Assembly (NCBI GenBank): GCA_964016885.1
Contig: OZ024746.1
Span: forward strand, 56,358,001-56,422,000
Source of the DNA: Eledone cirrhosa
Lineage: Eukaryota
Reading direction: 5' to 3'
Length of the DNA stretch: 64,000 bases
Both the position numbers and the translations under genes were made by a program. The notes under the pieces are model-generated. The model did not search any database, was not told the origin of the DNA, and saw only the letters and a program-made list of their open reading frames with translations. Below are positions 54,816 through 64,000 of this stretch, one piece after another; positions within the stretch are counted from its first letter, which is position 1, and each line of letters begins with the position of its first letter.

Positions 54816-57504
54816 AGTATAGAAATTGTTTTAGCGAGAAGAAGATCAAAAGATGGTTAAAAGAGTTCCAAGTAGTTTATTATGCGCATTTCAAAAACAA
54901 ATATCATAGTGGGATGATATCTTCGTTTTCATCAGATAAAATAGGGATACATGATATGAAGCTTAAAAAACACTTGTGAATAGTGAAGTTTTAATTCAAC
55001 ATATGAAAAATAATTTAAGATTGATGTATGAGATTGGGAAAAAGTGAGGGGTGGATTGGAACAGATTAGGAAGAGGAGGAGATGAGAGTAAAGAATGGTG
55101 GGGGAGTAGTATAAGAAGCAAGGATGACAGAGGAGGAGAGATGGTTGATAGAGAGAGAGAGATAGACTTTACAACTGAGAAAACAATATATATTGCCTCA
55201 CAGAGAGAAGTTAAAAAGCCGTTGGAAGATAATAGATAATTTAAAAGAATTTGAAATTAAAAGTTAATGAGATTTATGCATGAAGAGAGAAAGAGATTAA
55301 GAATAATATTAAATTAAGGTTTGTATATTGAAGGGTTAAATAATATGTGCGAGGAAAAGAAATTATTAATATGTATTATTAAAATAAATATATTAATGTT
55401 ATTAAGGATATAATGTGAAAAGAAGTAATAGAATGAATGAGTTATGAATTTAGATGAATTAGTTAGTGTTTACGTTTGTATTTATGTAATGTAATATGTG
55501 TGCGTAATATATGTACGTAAATAGTTTGTTTAAAAATGAGCGCAGAAAGCAAAGAAGAAAAGAATCTTTAAGGAAGAAAATATGTAACATCAAAAAATAT
55601 ATGTTAACGAAATATTTTCTAATGGTAATAATATAATATATTAAAATATATTAAAAGACATTATTTAGGGTTTAAGTTTGTTTTTATGTATTCTAATATG
55701 TAAAATTCAAACGAGCATGAAAGGAAGAAATAAAGAATTTAAGGAAGAAAAATCTAACGTAAAAAACATGTTTATGTTTACGAAGGACTATTAAAGGTGG
55801 TACTATAATGTATTTAAAAAAATAATAATTTGTATGGCCAATATGAAGAAAGATGGAAGAATGGATAATGCTGTGGTGAATAATAATAAGAACTGAGAAG
55901 TAGTTAGGAAGAAAAATTACAGATTAGAGGTTAGAAATTAGAAAGAAAAGAGGAAGAAAGGAAAGTGATAAAGAGGAATGATATAGAATGAGCAACTTGT
56001 ATTATATAATATATAATAAATAATATTAAAATAAGGTCGACAGATGGGTATATTTTTAAAAGATATATAAGCCTTTGAGAAAAAGGATTTTAAACTAGTA
56101 AGGTATTAGATATTAGCTGTATACTTTATGGAAAGTTCTGTGGAATTTATGCTAGCAGAGAGAAAATAAATCAGTGCGTTTATTTATTATAGAATAGAAA
56201 TTAGATATAATGGTACATTTCTCAAATAGGCAAATATTACATCATCTGGATAGGGAGGCATTCAAGTAGGGAGAGGCAGAACAAACTTTTCTTCAAGAGA
56301 TGTTATAGTTAATATTTTTGTCTTTCAAGGACCATATAAGTTCTGAGAGTACCGTGTTAGTTCTTTTAAGTTGGTATTTAAAAGACCAATTGTGATTATA
56401 ACATCTAGCTCTGAAGGAGGTGGAAGTGGAACCGAAATAGGTAAAGGAATTGGTATCAGTTATAACCTTACATGCATAGAATAAGTTTTTATCAAGATAA
56501 TGGTTATTGAGAGGACATTTAGTTCAAACAGGGGAATTACAATTGCGATTAGAGAAATTAACAGAGTTATTAACAAGTGACCAAGTGTTATTTATAGGAG
56601 GAATTGGATTGGAGAAGTTATTTACGATAGGAATAATAGTTTCCTGATTTAGATTGTTATTATGAACATTCAACGAAGTTACGTTTGACGTCGTATTTGA
56701 GTTTGCAGAATCTAGCCTAGAGAATCTACCACTGACGACGGGAGTACTACTGCTATTATTATGACGCTCAGTGTTGGAAGGATGAAATTTAATATTTAAT
56801 ATGTTATTGTTGTGTTTAGAGATGTTGGAGGAGGTGGAATAGGAACATTTTATTGTATGTTTGTTAAAGATTTTACTATAGAAATGTGAGGGAGGGAAGC
56901 ATTTATCTAAGGCCCTAAAGAATAGTTTAGGAATATTATTATTAATAGAAATAGAGAAAGGAGCATTATACCAGATTATATTGTTGTATTAGGTCTTTTA
57001 TTTAAGTTATTGGAATGATCATAATTAATTATTTTATTGTAAGACCTTCTAGGATTGGTTTCTTTACTGTATTTAATTTTATCAGGATAAGTGGCTTTAG
57101 AAAGCGCATTATTATAGTAATTGGCGTTAGCATCAAATATATTTTTTATTAGAGGATAGGTTTGATATTCTTTTTCCAATATTACTGACTATAGCATGTT
57201 TAATGTTAGTGGGGTGGTTAGATTTAAAATTAACATAATATAGATTCTCATTGGTTTTATGGTAATGGTAATATAGGCCAGTGTCAAGATTAAGGGATAT
57301 ATCCAAGAAATTAGCTAGTTTGACGTTGTTATCAAATTCGACTTTAAGGTTATGTTGCTTAAAGAGATCACGTATATTGTTCTTAATAATATTAAGGTTA
57401 ACTAAATTGCAATTTAAGATAGTAAAAAGTCCATCGTCACGATAAATTCCACCGCGAAGTTGAGGAATTTTCCGATTTAAAGAATTCAAAATAAAAATAC
57501 CAAT

Positions 57505-57505
<1 letters not shown>
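54812..57505 (-). mobile_element. 5'-truncated Naiad-type PLE (RT end, linker and GIY-YIG remnants ~56050-57505, long 3' region, pLTR)
   Basis: GGIYRDDGL, NFLDISLNL, SNHP, RISNLSS, NCN...CPLNN, YFGST, ELMVLK, C.IC.FE. Confidence 0.85.
54873..54943 (-). ncRNA. Type I hammerhead ribozyme in the Naiad pLTR
   Basis: TATTTTAT-CTGATGA-AAAC..GATATCAT-cccact-ATGATATTTGTTTTT-GAAA-TGCGCA-TA-ATAAAcTA; same strand as the ORF. Confidence 0.8.
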
Positions 57506-57563
<58 letters not shown>

Positions 57564-58330
57564 GTGTGTGTTTTAAATGAAGAGGAACCAAGATTAACAA
57601 CTTAAATCCATTGTTTTTAATTTTTAGGTTCGTTAGTGTAAAGGGGCCAACTCTACATATATATGTAAAGAATACGTTTATCAGAAACTATTCACCATCG
57701 CGGCCTCTGAAGCAATTTGACATCGCTTCATGCTCTTCAGATGTGTTCCTATCTATATTATTTAAGCTTCATTGAATATTCTTAAAAAAATTACAAATGA
57801 TAATAATAGTATTATAGAAAATAATATATACTCCCTTTTCTTCAAATTAAGCCCACAATCCTTTACAACTTAAAATCTGCTTCACGAAGGTTATTCGTTA
57901 TATCATTGCCAATGGCTATTATTTGATGCTGTGTATGTTCTTAGAATTTGTATTTATTGAAATATTATTCTTTTTTATAATTCCGGGACATATGCGGATG
58001 TTATATTTATTATGTTTTGTATAAATAAATGCTAATTAACTGTTTTTGATCAACTTATTGCTTACATCAATATACCATTATACGTATAGAAACGTACTTA
58101 ACAACTTACCAATTGGATTTAAGTTTTTAATCTTTTATTTTTCTTCAAGCTATATATTCATGCTCTTCCAACCGTACTGTCCTCAACAAAAAGAACATGA
58201 ACTTTCGAAGACTATTTCATATGTTTTCAATTCCTAATGTACCGAGGACGTTTAGTGCGCTTTGAATTTCCCCCACCTCACGAAAATTAATAGTGGAACA
58301 CACTCCATTATAATCCCTATTTGTATTATA

Positions 58331-58383
<53 letters not shown>

Positions 58384-58542
58384 ATTAGAAACACACAGAT
58401 ACATGAGGACACACACATATATACATGAATGCATCCGCACCCAACTGTGAGTTAAGGGTGCCAACTTCACCGATGTTGCTCAATGAATGACTGGGACAGA
58501 CCAATTCAGTTGAACTAGACTGAACCAGTATCAGAGTTAAAA

Positions 58543-58989
58543 ATACATTATGAAGAGAGAAGAAACATTTAGATATAATTAGTAATAAAATGTATCATAC
58601 CTAAACTGCTCCTAAATTCCTCGACTACGTAGTTTCGTGGCATAAACAAAAACAATATATCATAAAGATATAGAGTCCTTGCGAGGTCTGCCGACTTATC
58701 AAGAGGATACCTCATTTTACTAGTCTCAAGAACGCGTCTACACGACGTGAGAAAAAATCCCAAAAGGCGGAGGGGGAGATAGTCACGCGATATAACGGTC
58801 GAGAAACAGAACTAAGCCTCTTATAACCCCGAAGAAAATACCACGGAGGCGGAGGGGGTATTTATATCTTTATGATATATTGTTTTTGTTTATGCCACGA
58901 AACTACGTAGTCGAGGAATTTAGGAGCAGTTTAGGTGTGATACATTTTATTACTAATTATATCTAAATGTTTCTTCTCTCTTCATAATG

Positions 58990-58992
<3 letters not shown>
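58543..58992. mobile_element. Foldback mini-element with ~130-bp inverted arms
   Basis: 58543-58672 is the reverse complement of 58863-58992. Confidence 0.9.
58618..58707 (-). ncRNA. Type I hammerhead ribozyme, U3-A8 core variant
   Basis: TCCTC-TTGATAA-GT(c)GGCA...TGCCAC-GAAA-CTACGTAG-TC-GAGGA. Confidence 0.82.
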
Positions 58993-59075
<83 letters not shown>

Positions 59076-59196
59076 TAAATAAATAATGAATAAACAATTC
59101 CTTATATTAAACAAAAAAAGTTCATTATTATATATATATATACGTAGAGATATGTATAAAGGAGAACAAACCGTTAAAACATGTTTATTTAAAACA

Positions 59197-59237
59197 CCAC
59201 CTACGTACGTTTCGCCCGAACGGGCTTCTCAAGGGCA
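59197..59237 (-). ncRNA. Minimal hammerhead, U3-A8 variant
   Basis: CC-TTGAGAA-GCCC-gttc-GGGC-GAAA-CGTACG-TA-GG; stem I is short. Confidence 0.65.
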
Positions 59238-59669
59238 TGAAAACTAATAAGTTTCTTATATGACCCGAAATGGGTTTTTAGAAATAAGTTCCCGTCACAG
59301 TTAATTCTTCGTAACCAAACATGTATTGATTTTGCAATAGGTCAAGGGAGATAACTTTAAGCGGTGTTAGAGCAGCAATTCTCCAGGTGACTTTATATCT
59401 GTCATTACTTTGAAGTTGCAGCCTTACTATTGTCGATACGCACAGGGTAAGGTATGCAACGTTATTTTCCAGATGTTTGTTTGCTGCGCCTGCCCGCCTG
59501 GGTCGATTTGTGCCAGTTCTGGGATGCATGGTTAGTTTCCGAATGTTTGTTGCAGCTCCTGCTCGCCGGGGTGTTAAAACTTTGGTGCAGGACCACCCGG
59601 TTTACGACTTTTACTCCCCATTCTTAATCCATCTGGAGAAGGATATCTTTAAGCGGTGTTTACTGCTGT

Positions 59670-59762
<93 letters not shown>

Positions 59763-60147
59763 TATATTGTATTATATATATATTATATATTATATATATT
59801 TGCTATTCTAAATGGGAACAATTCAATTTTACTAACGGTAAATATAGTAGATCAATGCGCATTATATTTAGTTTATTGTTGTTTTGAAATTTCATAATAA
59901 GATTCAGATATTTCAGGAATCTATTGAATCAAGACACATACTTCAACAGCAACATATAGTTACCTTATATTAAACTGTTTCAACTAAACCTCTTTTACAT
60001 TTTAATTAATACAAATAAAACATCGTTTAGATTACACGTTATTGTCATTAAATTATTGATACACACGCATGTACATATACACATATATAGATATGTATGT
60101 GAGTTGGTGTGGGTGTAAGTATGTAAGTATATATATATATATATACA

Positions 60148-60272
60148 TATTTTTGTCCTGCAGGGTGTCCAAAATCACCCTCCTCACCAAGTAAAGTTGG
60201 TGGGGTTTCAGGTTTAGTCACCAATGACCCGACCATGTGACAGGTTCTATTGGGTTTCCTGTTACCAGTAGC
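60148..60272 (-). repeat. Fragment of the 2630-3238 element family
   Basis: ACCTGTCACATGGTCGGGTCATTGGTGACTAAAC...TTTGGACACCCTGCAGGAC. Confidence 0.75.
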
Positions 60273-60412
60273 ACTCAAGAGTGACAAAACCTGATAAAAG
60301 GCGGAAGAACACATAAGCGTCAACGGCCACCAAATATGTGTGAACGTGTATGCATGTGTATATACGTATATATATATGCATACATGTATATATATATATA
60401 TATGCATACATG

Positions 60413-60486
<74 letters not shown>

Positions 60487-60591
60487 AATATAAATTACAC
60501 AAAGAGAATTGTGTTACACAGTGAGAAGTGTGTAAAGAATTATTACAAGTGAGTTTACCGTTACTGTATAGAGAACAATATCTACAGATTT

Positions 60592-62120
60592 AGCTGAACC
60601 GGGACAAGTCCATCGGTTTTCAACTCGGATCGTGGAGAGGCAGACCGATGCCTTCCGATGGCGTCGTCGGACGCTGGACGGAAGGACCGGTAAAGCTGCT
60701 CGGGGTCTGGTCTGGTCCGGACCTCCAGGTGGAGAAGAACTGGAACGAAGTGATGGCCAAGGTGTTTGCACTCACCCAGAAGTGGGCCGAGTGAAAACTA
60801 TCCTTGAAAGGTCGAGCGGAGGTGGCGAACACTTTTATAGCGTCCGCCATCTACTACCGCTTGACCGTCGTGCCTTGTCCAGCCAAAACGCTCGCCAAAA
60901 TGGAGCGCGCGCTCTTCCGATTCCTTTGGAAGAGGCGGGCTCCTTTGGTGAGAAGATCCATCTGCTGCCAACACCCTTCTAACGGAGGGCTGGGGATGCC
61001 GTGGTTGACTATGCGCAAACACGCGCTCAGGCTGCGGCATCTCTACGTATTCCTCAGAGGACAACAGGTGTGGGCTCCGTTCGTGAGGCGAGCCTTCCCA
61101 CGACTCGTCTCGCTGACCGAGCTGCAGTCCTGGGTCAAGCAAAGACCGAGGAAAATGGGCGACTGGCACATCGAATGTGCTCAGGCGCTCACAGCCCTCT
61201 GGCAGGTGGACCCGGCGATCAGAGGAGACTCCACTTCGTCATTCTATAGATGGTTGGTCCGCAGCAAGTGCGACGACGCGCTCGGTGAAACTCTAGGCGT
61301 AGAGGAAGATGAACTGGCCAGTCTGTTCGGTAGGACCTTCCGCCCGGGACCGATGGACAACTTCCAAAAGTCCCTGGCCTGGGAGTGCTACCAAGGAGCT
61401 CTACCAGTTCGAGACAAGCTCTACAGACATGGGCGCCCGGGCAGGGACCCTGCAAAAAAGATCTGTCCGAGGTGCGTGCGAGACGAAGAAACCGTCGCGC
61501 ACGCATTCATACACTGCCCGGGCGTCACTGACCTGTGGGGCGATGTAGAACGACTATTGTCGCGTGTGGGACCAATCCAGTTGACCACCGAGTCCATTGT
61601 CATGATCAAACCGCCACCCTCTTTCAAAAACGAAGGAGAGGCGGTTTTCCTTTGTGTGATAGCTATGGCGAAAGAGGTTGTATGTTGGACAAGGTTGAAA
61701 GGGCTGAGGTCAGACACCTTTTTCTCCGGCCAACAACCGATTCTTTTTTTCAAATACCACTTTGGAAGAAGAATCAGGATGGAGAGAGAGATGCTGTACC
61801 CCAGCAAGTTTTATGAAAGGTGGGTGAAAGTGGCGAGAATGGCCCGAGTGAATGTACCTTCTCTCTATATCAGCCTGTAGGTTGAGGAAAAGGAGGAGGA
61901 GAGGAAATGAGTACAAACTCTTCGTACTCCTGGAGATGAGGGTTGCACATTTTTTTTTCGGGGGTATGTGTGACCCATATAAACTGTCTCCTTCTATTGG
62001 GGAAAATCGACTAACTTTTTAAATTCCGTTTGTGATAACATTTTACACGTTTTTATTGTATGTAAACTTCCCCCTTTGTATTTGTCCCCTTCTTTTGTGC
62101 CCCTGTGGCTAATAAAGAAA
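60592..62120 (+). mobile_element. 5'-truncated Tx1 copy with 16-18-bp TSD
   Basis: ORF2 C-terminal 358 aa at 60804-61880; TSD (AA)TATCTACAGATTTAGC at 60577-60594 and 62119-62136. Confidence 0.93.
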
Positions 62121-62415
62121 TATCTACAGATTTAGCATATAGTTATAAGGTTGGTAATTTAAAACTATAATCCAGAGATTTGATTCTGACTTAGTTTTTT
62201 TCTATTTAATTGCTAAATCTGTAGATATTGTTCTCTATACAGTAACGGTAAACTCACTTGTAATAATTATTTACACACATCTCACTGTGTAACACACTTC
62301 TCTTTGTGAAATATATATTTGCATTTGAGCTCAGAAGGAAATTCTCTATTCTTCTTTGAGCTAATACTATTATTATTATTACAGTGAACTGCGGAATACT
62401 CTTAATTCCGATCTT

Positions 62416-62462
<47 letters not shown>

Positions 62463-62499
62463 TTATATGTATGTATATATATATATATATATATATATA

Positions 62500-62691
62500 C
62501 GTTATTCCGGGTTGAATCGGAGGTAACCACAGTAAGTAAGGTACTCAATACATAGCAGAGTATAACAGTTTTAATATAGAAGAGATTCTACAGGACTAGA
62601 ACTGTTTCATTCATTAGAAATCATCAGGAATCTCCTGATGATTTCTAATGAATGAAACAGTTCTAGTCCTGTAGAATCTCTTCTATATTAA

Positions 62692-62695
<4 letters not shown>
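62500..62695. repeat. Mini-element with a perfect 63-bp-arm palindrome (62567-62695) centred on CTGATGA motifs
   Basis: Arms 62567-62629 and 62633-62695, spacer ATC. Confidence 0.9.
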
Positions 62696-62741
<46 letters not shown>

Positions 62742-62761
62742 GTATGCATGTGTATGTATAT

Positions 62762-63106
62762 ACGCGGGGACAGAAATAATCGGTCTAGATACCCGATCAC
62801 GCGGTTAAACCACTAGGAGTGAAGGAAACCTAGCCTTTGTTAGGGAATTCTTCTAGTAGAAAGCAGCTCAGAGAATTGTGTTAACTCCGACATAAACCTG
62901 CGGTAAGTAGTTACCGATGATGTTGATAATTTTCTTTTCGGGTTGTAGCTGCTGTCGCTCATAAAATGAGAGGGGCTAAGTGAACAGTCTTTCCTCACTT
63001 AAAAAATAATCTTCAGGCACATGTATTGCACGATTGTATTGATTGATAATTATTAACAATGTTATATTGCCCAAAGCCCATACTCGATAACGAGGGGGCA
63101 GCCGTT
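62762..63106 (+). repeat. Diverged relative of the 2630-3238 element
   Basis: Colinear shared blocks TAGCCTTTGT, TCTAG.AGAA, ATGATGTTGA, CTCACT, GGCACA, TACTCGA.AACG.G..GGCAGCC. Confidence 0.6.
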
Positions 63107-63145
63107 ATGTGAAAACGTATATATATACGTTTTCACGTATATATA

Positions 63146-63192
<47 letters not shown>

Positions 63193-63195
<3 letters not shown>

Positions 63196-63413
63196 ATCAA
63201 AAGACGGTTAAAGGAGTTCCATGTATTTTATTATGCGCATTTCAAAAACAAATATCATCATGCAATAATATTTGTGTTTTCATCAGATAAAATAGGAAGA
63301 CATGATATGAAGTTTAAAAAACACTTGTGAATAGTTTAGTTTTATATCAACATATTTGTTTTTGAAATGCGCATAATAAAATACATGGAACTCTTTTAAC
63401 CATCTTTTGATCT
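63193..63413 (-). mobile_element. Solo pLTR of the 54.8-kb Naiad with partial inversion; intact HHR at 63224-63294 (-)
   Basis: Homologous to 54842-55003; 63352-63413 is an inverted copy of 63193-63255; TATTTTAT-CTGATGA-stem-GAAA-TGCGCA-TA-ATAAAATA. Confidence 0.85.
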
Positions 63414-63715
63414 TATATATTATGTATACTCCAGTCCTACAAACTGTAGAGTGCTTCTTATCCGATATCTGCATTGCTTTATTGTACTACAATAAAACTC
63501 ACCCCCTCATATATATATATATATATATACACAAAATAAGCAATTAAATATATTAAACTAAGATTTGATTATTTTGTATTTCGGCTCAGTAATACATTTG
63601 ATAATTTACATTGAGCCTTTTGTCCTACCGGTAAAAGGCTAGTACTTAGTACTACCCTCCATATTTATAATTATATATAAACGATATATAAGTATAAGTA
63701 TACGTATTATTATTA

Positions 63716-64000
63716 CGGTGAATTGGCAGTGTCGGTAGAGGGTTGGACGCCATGTTTTCTAGCATAGTTACGTCGCTTTACAGTCTGAGTTCAATCCCGC
63801 CGAGGTTAACTTTGCCTTTCATCCTTACGGGGTCGATAAAATAAAGTACCAGTAATGTACCGGGTATTTGCTGGTCTTGTGCCTAAAGTAGAAACACTTA
63901 TTATTACTATATATAAAGGGCGGTGAATTGACAGTATCGGTAGAGGGTCGGACGCCATGCTTTCCAGCATAGTTACGTCCCTTTACGGTCTGAGTTCAAA
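63716..64000 (+). mobile_element. Two tandem SINE copies (the second is cut by the window end)
   Basis: Homology to the other copies. Confidence 0.9.

Noticed and set aside
57690-57748. Minus-strand CTGAAGA + TGAAGC/GCTTCA hairpin
   Set aside because: GAAA is missing; cannot be supported as a ribozyme

Overview
AT-rich animal genomic DNA with heavy (TA)n/(CA)n microsatellite load. The repeat content resembles an invertebrate genome, possibly octopus or another cephalopod (inference only). No host gene is recognisable, and almost every real ORF is a decayed transposon. Contents: four Penelope-like retroelements (PLEs; RT + GIY-YIG) of at least two clades, a near full-length Tx1/L1-clade LINE plus truncated copies whose ends consistently abut TATCTA, a Helentron/Helitron2-type RepHel element followed by a USP (peptidase C19)-like Cys box, RTE fossils and about 12 copies of a tRNA-headed SINE. 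The most striking hidden layer is RNA structure. About 15 type I hammerhead ribozyme (HHR) motifs from about 7 unrelated sequence families are readable by eye. Each family has its own palindromic stem III, and several have variant cores (UUGANAA, CCGAAGA). They lie in PLE terminal repeats, in ~480-nt tandem retrozyme-like arrays and in small foldback elements inserted in (TA)n. All calls are by eye; no database search or folding program was run.
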